A DNA stretch of 64,000 nt, from the NCBI RefSeq assembly GCF_006345805.1, contig NC_043014.1, positions 49,538,001 through 49,602,000 of the forward strand. The letters are read 5' to 3'. Numbering within the stretch: position 1 is the stretch's first letter; every line of letters begins with the position of its first letter. This DNA is from Octopus sinensis (lineage: Eukaryota). Of the stretch, positions 50,601 to 62,670 are shown piece after piece. Under the pieces are notes generated by a model. The model did not search any database. It saw nothing but the letters and a program-made list of their open reading frames with translations, and was not told the origin of the DNA. A program made the position numbers and the translations under genes.

Positions 50601-53600
50601 GGTGGTGGTGGTGTTAGGGTGGTTCTCGAGTAATTGGAAAGAAGTGAGTTTGAACAAATCTAACCTGAGCAGGACATTTGTTCATAGACAACACACTATC
50701 ATCATTTCATTTAAAATCCCTTTTCTATGCTGGCATGGATTGGACAGTTTAACAGGAGCCTGCAAGCCCAGAGGGCAGCACAAAGCTCTACTGTCTTCTT
50801 CAAAATGGTTTCTATGGCTGGATGCCAACCATTTTACAGAATGTACTGAGTACTTTTTAAGCGGCACCAGCAGTGGAGGTGCAATGGTCCAGTGGTTAGG
50901 GCAGCGGACTCGCGGTCGGAGGATCGCAGTTTCGATTCCCAGGCTGGGTGTTGTGTGTGTTTATTGAGCGAAAACACCTAAAGCTCTACGAGGCTCCGGC
51001 AGGAGGTGGTGGCGATCCCTGCTGTACTCTTTCGCTCCAACTTTCTCTCACTCTTTCTTCCTGTTTCTTGTCCCCCGACTTCCTATGCAACCGCTGAGCC
51101 TGGATGCGCATTCATCCATCCGTCGATGCTCTCGGTGTCGGGGGTTGACCTGCTGTCTCTTCTGCGGGTCTTACGAATAGCAAAGGACCACGTTTCGGAC
51201 TTTTCCTACTACTGGGACAAAGACCGCTTCGCTCAACAAACAAACAAGTAGCACCAGCACCAGTGTAGCTCAGAGATCAGGGTGCAAGACAAGACCCCCT
51301 CAAATAAGTAGGGGGTAGTATTGGGGGAGGTGGCTTTGTGTCAGATGATGAGAGAGGTTAGAATCTAAATAGAGGGACAGAAACAGGTGTTTTGCAATAA
51401 ATAAGGTACATGGTCTGTGGCTGAGAAGAAATGTCCAATGAAATACCAGTGCAACAACCAATAAAGTACAACAAATATGGCAGTGTGACACTGGGATGGC
51501 TCTGAGTGACACCTTAGATGAATAGCATCTACCACAGCCATGGGTGAACCAAAAACGTTCTGAGTGAAAAGGACACGGGCCTTACTGTGCTATCTCTAGC
51601 ACTCTTTTTGCCGTCTCATTCATTTTAAAATTTATTCTGCTCCAGTTATTAGATCTACTTGCTTCTGGTGTTGAAGCTATTGTCTAACCAATGCCAGCAT
51701 GAGGGATAGACATTAAGAGAACCATCCAAACAACCATCCGAACGTGGTCGTTGCCAGCGCCACCCCGACTGGCCTCATGCCGGTGGCACGTAAAAAGCAC
51801 CATCCGATCGTGGCCGTTTGCCAGCCTCGCCTGGCCCCTGTGCCAGTGGCACATAAAAAGCACCAACTGATCGTGGCCGTTTGCCAGCCTCGTCTGGCAC
51901 CTGTGCCGGTGGCACGTAAAAAGGAAACAAACTACACTCACAGAGTGGTTGGCGTTAGGAAGGGCATCCAGCCGTAGAAACACTGCCAGATCATACTGGG
52001 CCTGGTGCAGCCTTCTGGCTTCCCAGACCCCAGTTGAACCGTCCAACCCATGCCAGCATGGAAAGCGGACGCTAAACGAAGATGATGATGATGATGATGA
52101 TGAAAGGGAAGAAGGGAGTCGCTTTAACCTTGCCAGAGACAAGATAATCTCTCTCTCTGGTGCTGTGGAACAAATGATTCGAGACCATATTTAGATGTAG
52201 AAAACTCTTTGGGAGGAGGAGACTTACCCATGTGTCTGACGATGGAATTCGATCACTCGAAACCTTTGGCGTCCTCGAGCCTTCATTTTGACAGTAGCTA
52301 TACCGGATTGATTATCAGTTTCATCTTTAATGGAATAAATCTCAGCTGTGGTGCCAATACTAGCCATGGAAGAAGAGTCATCATCTGGAGAATAACTTTT
52401 GGTAAAAAAAAAAAAAAAAATGAGAAAACAAAGAGAAAAAACAAACATATGGAAACTCATTTCTTTCTTCACATAGTGTATGTGTGCGATTGTGCTTGTT
52501 GGTGTTTTTATGTGTGTATGTGTTCATGTGTTTCAGTGTGTATTTGTTTATATGCATGTGTGTATATGTGTATATTTTTGCGTATGTGTGTGTATGTGTG
52601 TGTATGTATACACAAAGAATTTGGGACTAAGTAAAAGCAATTTAAACAATATTAATTTCTAAACATTGGCACAAGACTACACAATTTGTAGGAGAGGATA
52701 TATATAAGGGTTTATATATAAGTGGGGTGCTGAAAAGTTCCTGGTTTTGGGTAAAAGAAACTACAGGAGGATCAGTTAATTATGGTTTTATTCAACATAT
52801 TCCCTTCTCAGATTCACACACTTATTGCAGCAGTTCTTCGGTTTTTCTAATCCCTGTAAAAGAACTCAGAAGTTTGGGTCTCCAACCAGACCTTTTGTAA
52901 TACCCTTAAAAGTTCCTAGTTTTGGGTAAAAGAAAATACAGGAGGACCAGTTAAATATGATTTTATTCACCATATCCCCCTCTCAGATTCACACTTATTG
53001 CAGCGGTCCTTCAGTTCTTCTAACCCCTGTAAAAGAACTCAGAAGGTTGGGCCCTTCCAACCAGGCTTTTCAAAGTACCCTTAAAGCCAGGAACTTTTCA
53101 GCACCTTTCATAATCACCTATGATGATGATGATGATGATGATTGTGAATTGCATTGATACTTTTATTCTATCAACTCGTGGGAGGGTGGTAAACAAAGTT
53201 GATACAATATGGAGATATTACGATGCCCTTAGCAAAAACATTAAGTTAAAACTTCTAAAAACCTAGGTCTGACCAGTGACATTGTTTGGGTATGGAGTAT
53301 GGACCCTAACAGGAGTTGACATCAACTGACTGAGAGTGCTACAGGTAAGGGGTGTGCATCAGTTGAGCAGCCAAAAGATCAAATAATTCAACCCAGGGGC
53401 AAGGTGAGAACCCAGGTGAGAACAAGACATAAAGTTGGTGATGATGGGACAATGAGATCTGGACTATTTTGGCCACATTACTGGGGCTGAGACCTATATG
53501 TACCCCTCCTTCCATCCTTGGGGGCTACACAGATAGAAAACAGGTTCATGGGGGACAAACAAGAAGATGGAGTAATAATATTGAGGATTGAATGGAATGT

Positions 53601-55838
53601 ACAAGGGCTGCGAAATAAAGATGGCAGTGTGTGGTGAGGAGTGATAGTCATGTTTGAGAACCCCTGCTCGTTAGCTACGAGGATGAATATAATCAATTAA
53701 AATCAGTGTAATGCAAGGGAGATTTGACTGCTATTTCTCACTGAAAGTACACAGGTTAAAAACAAAAAAAAAAAGGACCAAGGGTCACATAATGAAGCAG
53801 TAAGATACCTTGTGGTAATAACTCCAAAGGTTTTGTCCTTGTCCAGAAGATTTTTCATCATGGCAACTGTGTGGGACTGAAATAGATGCAGAGGTATCGT
53901 CTGTCCTGGCACCAGGATGACACTGGGTAGGGTGATGATGGGCAAAGATATACAAGCTTCATCATCGTGAATTGTCCGGCCACGCACTTCTTCGAGATCT
54001 TCACCTAAATACTAAACGCAATGGAAAAATAAAAAAAACAATGAAAATATTTTATATTTCAATTTCAGTTTCATTATTTTTTTTTTTTATTTAACTGTTG
54101 TAAGTATAAAATGCATGCAATATTAAGAGACAATTTTCACAAATAGGCGTAGGAGTGGCTGTGGTAAGTAGCTTGCTTACGAACCACATGGCTCCGGGTT
54201 CAGTCCCACTGTGTGGCACCTTGGGCAAGTGTCTTCTACTATAGCCTCGGGCCGACCAAAGCCTTGTGAGTGGATTTGGTAGACGGAAACTGAAAGAAGC
54301 CCGTCGTATATATGTATATATATATATATGTGTATGTATGTGTTTGTGTGTCTGTGTTTGTCCCCCCAACATCGCTTGACATCGATGCTGGTGTGTTTAC
54401 GTCCTCATAACTTAGCAGTTCGGAAAAAGAGACCGATAGAATAAGTACTAGGCTTACAAAGAATAAGTCCTGGGGTCGATTTGCTCGACTAAAGGTGGTG
54501 CTCCAGCATGGCCACAGTCAAATAAATGACTGAAACAAGTAAAAGAGAATGAATCATGCATTATCTTGTAGGTTCAAAATTTTGATGATTGATTGTTTAT
54601 TTTTAGAATGACATTGTAGGATAGGTGTGAGAGGCCAGGTCTGGACACTTTGAACATAAAACAGAAAAAATGTTTCAGCCAGTTATGGCTGGTTTAAATG
54701 CTAAAGGGTTAAAATATAACAAATAAAAATTAAACAGATTTTCCAAAGGTTGATACTTACAAAAAATTAATTTTTTAAAAAATAATTTTCAAATAATTTC
54801 TAATTTAAGCACAAGACCAACAATTATGAAGGTAATCTGGTCAACCCTAGTACATGACTGGTACTTTATTTTATTAATGCTGAAAGGATGACCTCAGAGG
54901 GATTTGAACTCAGAACATAAAGACCCAGAACAAGTATGGCAAGGCATTTTGCCCAATGTTCTAATGATTCTGCCATAATAAAATATTGTTAAAATTATGT
55001 AAGAATTTTACTTGGTCAATACCAACATTATATATGTGTGTATATGTATCATCATCATCATCATCGTTTAACGTCCGTTCTCCATGCTAGCATGGGTTGG
55101 ACGGTTCGACCGGGGATCTGGGAAGCCAGAAGGCTGCACCAGGCTCCGGTCTTATCTGGCAAAGTTTCTACAGCTGGATGCCCTTCCTAACGCCAACTAC
55201 TCCGAGAATGTAGTGGGTGCTTTTACATTCCATCGGCACGAGGACCAGTCTGCCTCAAATCCACCTCCATATCTGCCTCTAACCAGTGACATTGTACGGG
55301 TATGGAGTATGGACCCTAACAGGAGCTGACATCAACTGACTGAGAGTGCTACAGGTAAGGGGTGTGCATCAGTTGAGCAGCCAAAAGATCAAATAATTCA
55401 ACCCAGGGGCAAATGAGAACAGGTGAGAACAAGACATAAAGTTGATGATGATGGGACAATGAAATCTGGACTATTTTGGCCACATTACTAGGGCTGAGAC
55501 CTATATGGTCTGAACCTTACCATCTTCGAAACAAAAGGGGAAGGGAATATTGCATAATGTGAATTTGGCTGTAGCACTTTGCCTAAAAATAAGATGAAAT
55601 GGTCATGGCAGGAATGTTTTGCATCAACAAGAAACACAAAAAAAAAAGACAACTGAGAAGAAGAATGTAATTACTGAATGTGCAACGGGTAAAGACTTGT
55701 CAAAGGTTGTATTAAACAACGGACGAGCAGAAGGTCGACTCCTGCCGGACGCTGCTTGTTGTTGTTGTTGTTGTAGTTGCTGCTGCTCATCTTCATCATT
55801 GTCAGTATCTACATCAATGCTCTCTTCGTCTTCATCTT
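44514..55838 (-). CDS. CRBN: Cereblon, CRL4 substrate receptor (8 exons found: 55838-55675, 54011-53809, 52395-52228, 49690-49507, 49071-49006, 47517-47317, 45855-45662, 44670-44514); first coding exon not located
   Basis: Frame-consistent GT-AG exons encode [84 protein letters not shown] and HMGWRF, which are LON-like and CULT domain motifs of CRBN. Confidence 0.95.
45662..45855 (-). CDS. CRBN: CRBN exon (CULT/thalidomide-binding domain, part 1)
   Basis: [64 protein letters not shown]; lies in a different frame from the ORF-track call. Confidence 0.95.
46040..46403 (+). mobile_element. Non-autonomous Helitron
   Basis: A|TC 5' end, subterminal hairpin CCTG-AACAACGC-CAGG, CTAG|T 3' end. Confidence 0.7.
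47317..47517 (-). CDS. CRBN: CRBN exon (helical bundle)
   Basis: [14 protein letters not shown]...[17 protein letters not shown]...[14 protein letters not shown]. Confidence 0.93.
49006..49071 (-). CDS. CRBN: CRBN 66-nt exon
   Basis: [22 protein letters not shown] (compare human ANLTSWPRWLYSLYD); CTAG acceptor, GTAAG donor. Confidence 0.9.
49507..49690 (-). CDS. CRBN: CRBN exon
   Basis: [18 protein letters not shown]...LTNKQ; GTAAGA donor. Confidence 0.9.
49845..50050. repeat. (GGT/GAT)n trinucleotide tract in a CRBN intron
   Basis: Directly visible; similar tracts at about 50497-50612 and 63615-63700. Confidence 0.95.
50129..50331. mobile_element. hAT-type MITE
   Basis: TIRs CAGTGCTTTTCAACC / GGTTGAAAACCACTG; 8-bp target duplication GTCTAGGG / GTCTGGGG. 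Confidence 0.85.
50878..51250 (+). mobile_element. tRNA-headed SINE family D (relatives at 9495-9850+, 25215-25520-, 55950-56325-)
   Basis: TGGTCCAGTGGTTAGGGCAGCGGACTCGCGG...GTTTCGATTCCC head, then the shared GTGTTTATTGAGCGAAAACACCTAAAGCTC body. Confidence 0.8.
52228..52395 (-). CDS. CRBN: CRBN exon
   Basis: [14 protein letters not shown]...[21 protein letters not shown]; GTAAGT donor. Confidence 0.93.
52721..53110. mobile_element. Mariner-type MITE with an internal tandem duplication of about 175 bp
   Basis: TIRs GGTGCTGAAAAGTTCCTGG / CCAGGAACTTTTCAGCACC with TA flanks. Confidence 0.8.
53809..54011 (-). CDS. CRBN: CRBN exon (LON-like domain start)
   Basis: [20 protein letters not shown]...[13 protein letters not shown]...DKTFGVITT. 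Confidence 0.93.
55675..55838 (-). CDS. CRBN: CRBN exon (acidic/polyQ N-terminus)
   Basis: TACAG acceptor (phase 1); [31 protein letters not shown]...[11 protein letters not shown]; GTAATT donor. Confidence 0.88.
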
Positions 55839-56494
55839 CTGTAATGAAAAAAAAAAAATGTCCTTTCTTAATTATTGCTAGTATTTACAAACAAGCGACC
55901 AAGAAAAAGAAAACTACTCAAAGCAATAGAGAAAAATACATTTCTGTTATTAGAGTGGAAGCACTCCGTCGGTTACGACGACGAGGGTTCCGGTTGATCC
56001 GAATCAACGGAACAGCCTGCTCGTGAAATTAACGTGTAAGTGGCTGAGCACTCCACAGACACGTGCACCCTTAACGTAGTCCTCGGGGATATTCAGCGTG
56101 ACAAGGCTGGCCCTTTTGAAATACAGGTACAAGAGAAACAGGAAGTAAGAGTGAGAGAAAGTTGTGGCGAAAGAGTACAGCAGGGATCACCACCATCCCC
56201 TGCCGGAGCACGTGGAGCTTTTAGGTGTTTTCGCTCAATAAACACTCACAACGCCCGGTCTGGGAATCGAAACCGCAATCCTATGACCGCGAGTCCGCTG
56301 CCCTAACCACTGGGCCATTGCACCTCCTCTCTGTTATTAGAACCATCATGATGGTATGTGGTCTTGCGGTTAGAGTGTTACACTCGTGATCATAAGGTCA
56401 TGGTTTCAATTCCAAACCAGGCAGTACATTATGTTCTTGAGCAAAACACTTTATTTCATGTCACTCCAGTCTATTCAGCTGGAAAAAATAAATA

Positions 56495-57612
56495 CCGTAA
56501 ATCCTCGAGTATAATCCGCATTTTTTCCCCCAAAATTTAAAGGTCAAAATCCCTACTGCGTACCATATACGAGGTTAAAAATGAAAATTATTTTCTAAGC
56601 AATGTCCGAGTCTTTGCTGTCTGGCAATGTTTATTCATACACATTTTGTGATGTCGGGCACGAAAATACCTTAAGCTAAGCCTGAAAGCAATGAAGTCAT
56701 AAAAGAATCATCCATAACTTGCAGTAAGCAACATTTATTAAATGTTATTACTGTTATTTCTTTATTTTCTGCAAACAAAATGCACAAAAAAGCTACACGT
56801 TTGCATTATGTTATATATACAATAATAATAAAGGACGTTACTGTATACAATTTTACAAACGAAGGACGTTATATAGACCTTGACTCAAGTTAGAGAAGGG
56901 GTGCGTATTATACACAAGGTTTAGGTTTTTCAGAGGTACAGCCCCTTCAAAATCCTCTGCGTATTATACTCAAGGGCGGACTATAATCGAGGATTTATGG
57001 TTTGCATTATGTTATATATACAATAATAATAAAGAATGTTACCATATACATTTTTACAAACCAAGGACGTTATATAGACCTCCTCGACTCAAATTAGAGA
57101 AGTGGGTGCATATTATACACAAGGTTTAGGGTTTTCAGAGGTACAGCCCCTTAAAAATCCTCTGCATATTATACTCAAGGGCGGACTATAATCGAGGATT
57201 TATGGTTTGCATTATGTTATATATACAATAATAATAAAGAATGTTACCATATACATTTTTACAAACCAAGGACGTTATATAGACCTCCTCGACTCAAATT
57301 AGAGAAGTGGGTGCATTTATACACAAGGTTTAGGGTTTTCAGAGTACAGCCCCTTAAAAATCCTCTGCGTATTATACTCAAGGGCGGACTATAATCGAGG
57401 ATTTATGGTTTGCATTATGTTTATATACAATAATAATAAAGAATGTTACCATATACATTTTTACAAACCAAGGACGTTATATAGACCTCCTCGACTCAAA
57501 TTAGAGAAGTGGGTGCATATTATACACAAGGTTTAGGGTTTTCAGAGGTACAGCCCCTTAAAAATCCCCTGCATATTATACTCATGGGCGGACTATACTC
57601 AAGGATTTATGG
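56495..57612. mobile_element. Non-autonomous Tc1/mariner-superfamily (pogo/Tc2-like) element with TA target duplication; right end of about 203 bp quadruplicated
   Basis: TA|CCGTAAATCCTCGAGTATAATCCGC ... GCGGACTATACTCAAGGATTTATGG|TA; repeat units start at about 56800, 57001, 57206 and 57409. Confidence 0.85.
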
Positions 57613-59831
57613 TAGTACCTATAATTCAAAGGGTCAAACTGAATCTCCCTGAGAACTACATTAAGTGTACACGTGTCTGCGGTGTACTCAGCCACTCACA
57701 TATTAATTTCACAAACTGACTGTTCCATCAATTGGATCAATTGAAGCCTGTCTTGTTGTAACTGACAGAGTGACCGTTATGTGTCAGATGGTTTAACAAG
57801 GTCCAGCTGATCTGATGGCCTTCATCATGCCCCAGTGTCTCCTTGGACATGGTTTCTATGTCTGGATGCCATTCCTAACACATAGACGTCTATCTTAATG
57901 CTGTGCTTCCCAATTTCACAGTTTGGGATTAAGTTCCACAACCTGGTAAAAGAAAACTAGAAGAAGCCCATCATGTATGTGTACGTGTCTGTATGTGTAC
58001 GTGCGTGGGTGCATGTGTCTATGTGTACGTATTTGTATGTGTGTGTGTATGTATATGCGTACGTGTATGTATCAATGTATCTGTGTGTGTGTGTGCATGC
58101 ATGCCTCTGTGTGTGTCTGTGTGTGTGTGTGTGTGTGCGTGTGTCTGTATGTGTACGTGTTTGTGTGTATGTGTCTGTATGTATACATATTTGTATGTGT
58201 GTGTGTATGTATATGCATACATGTATGTATCAATGTATTTGTGTGTGCGTGCATGCATGCATGTGTGCGTGTGTGAAAATCCTTATATGGCATCCCATGG
58301 TAATTGTAAACGAAGATTCCTGCTGCGCAAGTGATGTTGTTAGTTTCCAGTAGTCTGTGAAAAACATGCCTGGCAATGGGAAAACGTTAGTTTGCTCAAT
58401 AACAGGGGAGGGTTGGTGACAGGAAGGGTCTCTCGCTGTAGAAAATCTCCCTCCACCCAACAAATTCCATCTGACCCATGCAAACATGGAAAAGTAGATG
58501 CTACATGACACTACATGATGATGATGGTGATTTAGTCCATCATTAAGACAAATGACTTTTGTAATTTTACAACAAGAATTACAACAGTTAGTTTCTGCCC
58601 CCATTAGTGAGCTGGCAGAATCATTAACACATTGAGGCAACGAGCTGGCAGAACAGTTAGCACACTGGGCGAAATGCGTAGCCGAATTTCGTCTGCCGTT
58701 ACGTTCTGAGTTCAAATTCCGCCATGGTCGACTTTGCCTTTCATCCTTTCAGGGTCGATAAATTAAGTACCAGTTACGCACTGGAGGCGATGTAATCGAC
58801 TTAATCCCTTTGTCTGTCCTTGTTTGTCCCCTCTATGTTTAGCCGCTTGTGGGCAATAAAGAAATAAGAAATGTTAGCATGCTGGGCGAAACGCTTAGCG
58901 GTATTTCATCTGCCGTTACATTCTGAGTTCAAATTCTGCCGAGATCAACTTTGCCTTTCATCCTTTCCAGGTCGATAAATTAAGTATCAGTTACGCACTA
59001 GGGTTAATGTAATCAACTTAATCTCTTTGCCTGTCCTTATTTGTCCCCTCTATGTTTAGCCCCTTGTGGGCAATAAAGAAATAAGAAACGTTAACACATT
59101 GGGTGAAATGTCTAGTGGCATTTATGTCCATCTGTACGTTCTGAGTTCAAATTCCACTGAGGTCAACTTTGCCTTTTATCCATTCCAGGGATGATACAAT
59201 AAGTACCAGTTGAATACTGGGGGTTGATGTAATTGACTTACCCTTCTCCTGAAAATGCAGGCTTTGTGCCAAAATTTGAAACCAATAATTAAGCAATTAC
59301 TGGTTTTTTGTGATTGATTAATTTTGTTACATGGTTTAGTGAAAGGAAGAAGGGCAGCGCCCTGAAAGTATTTTCAGAGCATTCTAAGACAGACACAAGG
59401 AGGTCGGAATCAACGGTAAGACATTCTACAATCTGTGAGCCCAGATGAACCTTAAACCAGAACATCAGACAAATATGGAAGCAGCTATATTGAACCTGTC
59501 TTGAACTCATCTGTTGGCCATATATGGAATGAAGGCTGCTACAACACTGACTGTAGTACTGTAGCATGGCCACAGATCCTTGACTGCAACCAGAAAAAGA
59601 ACACAAGACTATACACACAAAAAAGAACAGTATATGTATATACACCCACACACATAATTGGTTTTCATATGATGGCTGTGTGGTTAAGAAGTTTGATTCT
59701 CAATGACATGAATAAGGGTTCAGTCCCACTGTATGGCACCTCGAGCAAGTTTTTTTTTCTACTATAGCCTTGAAATGAACAATACTTTGTGAGTGAATTT
59801 AGTAGATGGAAACTGAATGAAACTTACCATA

Positions 59832-59868
<37 letters not shown>

Positions 59869-59919
59869 ACATACATTTACGCACAAACACACACACGAGA
59901 TATTACATACTAAGTAAAA

Positions 59920-60210
59920 AACATAGATGCTGAATGCAGATGAAGTGCAATGGATGGAAATAGATGAAGCAGGCCAGCTCCACTGGATGGGTAATGTTGG
60001 TATAGAAGTAAGGTGATGGAAATACTATGGACATGTGATGGGTACAGAGGGGTTGACAGTTGGGGTCAAAGAACAATCCAAGTGAATGGAACTTACAGAA
60101 GAAAAATACTGAGAAAGCTGATCTTTGGAGGGCAAACTTGATGAAGGAGGAGCTGATAGGGGACTGGAATAAGTGGTGACATGCTGTATGGAGAAGACCT
60201 AACCAACCCA
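59920..60210 (+). mobile_element. Highly degenerate RTE-like fragment
   Basis: Residual R.W..GHV-like motif with many stops. Confidence 0.4.
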
Positions 60211-60900
60211 TAACAAGCATAGAAAAACTAACCAAAAACATCACGACACACCCTCACAAATATACACACTCACACACACACACACACACATACACACATA
60301 CACAAACACACATTTTTCTGGCCTCTCACACCAACCTACCATGTCATTCTAAAACTAAGCAATTACACTATTAAAATCTTGAAGCTACAACAAAACATGT
60401 GATTAATCTCAAACAATGTGGATAAATAAGCAATATATTTGACCAAGGAATCAGAATGCTAAATGGTAAAGCCAGCCATATCCAGCCCAAGTATTCTCCC
60501 TGTTTTATGTTCAAGTCAGCCAGATCTAGCCTCTCACACCTGCCTTACAATGTCGTTACAAAAATAAACAATCACATCATTGCAATCACAAAGCTACAGA
60601 GCAATACATGGTTAATTCAAGGCATGATTAATTAATTCAAAGCATTACATTTGACAGATTAATTTGAATGCTAAAAGGTTAATGAACACACAGACTAAGA
60701 ATTGTTGAGTTGGAATGAATGCCAGCAGTGTATAAATAAATAATTAAATGGAGCACTTCGTTAGTGATTTGTGAAGCAAAAAATGTTAAGTAATTATCTA
60801 CTTAAATATTGATGAATGTAACAGATGTGTGTATACTTTTGATGTGTGAGGTAATATGATAGTCCGAAAGCTTCATCAAAATGCTTATATATATATATTA

Positions 60901-60942
<42 letters not shown>

Positions 60943-61020
60943 ATATATATACATACACATCGGTATATATATATAATATATATATATATATCAATATATA
61001 TACATACACATCGGGTATAT

Positions 61021-61069
<49 letters not shown>

Positions 61070-61099
61070 AATGTATATATATATGCATGTATGTATCAA

Positions 61100-61141
<42 letters not shown>

Positions 61142-61169
61142 TGTACGTATCAATGTGTGTATATATATA

Positions 61170-61700
61170 TATCTATATATATTTGTATCTTTGTGGTACC
61201 AGTACCGGTGGCACACAAGAAAACCATCCGAACGTGGCCGTAGCCAGTACCGCATCGATTGGCCTCCGTGCTGTGGGCACGTAACAAACACCATCCGATC
61301 GTGGCCGTTCGCCAGCCTCATCTGGCACTTGTGTTGGTGGGACATAAAAAACACCATCCGAGCGTGGCCGTCTGCCAGCCTCGTCTGGCACATAAAAAAC
61401 ACCATCCGAGCGTGGCCGTTCGCCAGCCTCGTCTGGCACCTGTGTCGGTGGCACATAAAAAACACCATCCGAGCGTGGCCGTTCGCCAGCCTTGTCTGGC
61501 ACCTGTGTCGGTGGCACATAAAATCACCCACTACACTCTCGGAGTGGTTGGCGTTAGGAAGGGCATCCAGTTGTAGAAACACTGCCAGATCTGACTGGCC
61601 TGGTGCAGCCTTCGGGCTCCCCAGACTCCAGTTGAACCGTCCAACCCATGCTAGCATGGAAAGCGGACGTTAAATGATGATGATGATGATGATGATGATA
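61170..61700 (+). mobile_element. SINE family B with (GAT)n tail and variable internal units of about 62 bp (other copies at about 1-300, 5535-5800, 18750-19180, 22845-23525, 27270-27560, 30450-30700, 47715-48320, 51700-52105, 55050-55250)
   Basis: Shared CACTACACTCTCGGAGTGGTTGGCGTTAGGAAGGGCATCCAG...CCAACCCATGCTAGCATGGAAAGCGGACGTTAAACGATGATG. Confidence 0.88.
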
Positions 61701-62169
61701 TATATATATATATATATAAAAAAACATGTCCCAACTCTTTTCTACCATGGTCTTAAAAAACATGGAAGTAAAAGTAAATTTTTTTTTTAAAAAAGGCCTA
61801 AAATTCTAAATCAAAACAAAAACAACTTTCAGAGTGCAGAAACTAGACTTCTCACCACCTCGCTCTCTCATTCTCTAACTCTCTCTCTCTGAGGCACATG
61901 CATACACACACACACACACACACGTATGTGCACGCACACATAACATACACAGACCAACGTACACACACGCGTGTGCATAAACAGACATACCGCGTAACAG
62001 TCTATAAAAATAATGAAGGGTGTAATTTACAAAACATCAAAACTACTAGAATCACTTACCAAGATGTAGAAATCTCAATGATAGATGGAGCTTCCGAAGA
62101 ATTTTTTGCATTGTAATACATTAACCTAAAGTGGTATAAACATAGAATTGAAGAGTAAGATTGAACGAA

Positions 62170-62195
62170 ATGAACACGACGTGTATATATGTATG

Positions 62196-62255
<60 letters not shown>

Positions 62256-62307
62256 CATATATATATGTATGTATGTATGTATATATATATATATATACAT
62301 ATATATG

Positions 62308-62356
<49 letters not shown>

Positions 62357-62407
62357 TATGCATGTATAGAGAAGTGTATATAGGCTTTTAGGCATGTTGT
62401 GTGTGTT

Positions 62408-62454
<47 letters not shown>

Positions 62455-62512
62455 ATATATGGTATATGTGTATGTGTATATATATATAAGTATATATGGT
62501 ATATGTGTATAT

Positions 62513-62547
<35 letters not shown>

Positions 62548-62638
62548 TATGTTTCTATGGTATATATGTATATATGGCATATATGTATATATGGCACACA
62601 CACACATATATATGTATAAATAAAATATATGTACATGC

Positions 62639-62669
<31 letters not shown>

Positions 62670-62670
62670 C
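62170..62670. repeat. (TA)n/(TG)n microsatellite block (also at about 57970-58270 and 60885-61180)
   Basis: Directly visible. Confidence 0.95.

Noticed and set aside
55950-56030. CpG-rich CRBN promoter or first exon
   Set aside because: The sequence is contiguous with a SINE body (family D-related) and offers no suitable ATG plus phase-1 donor.
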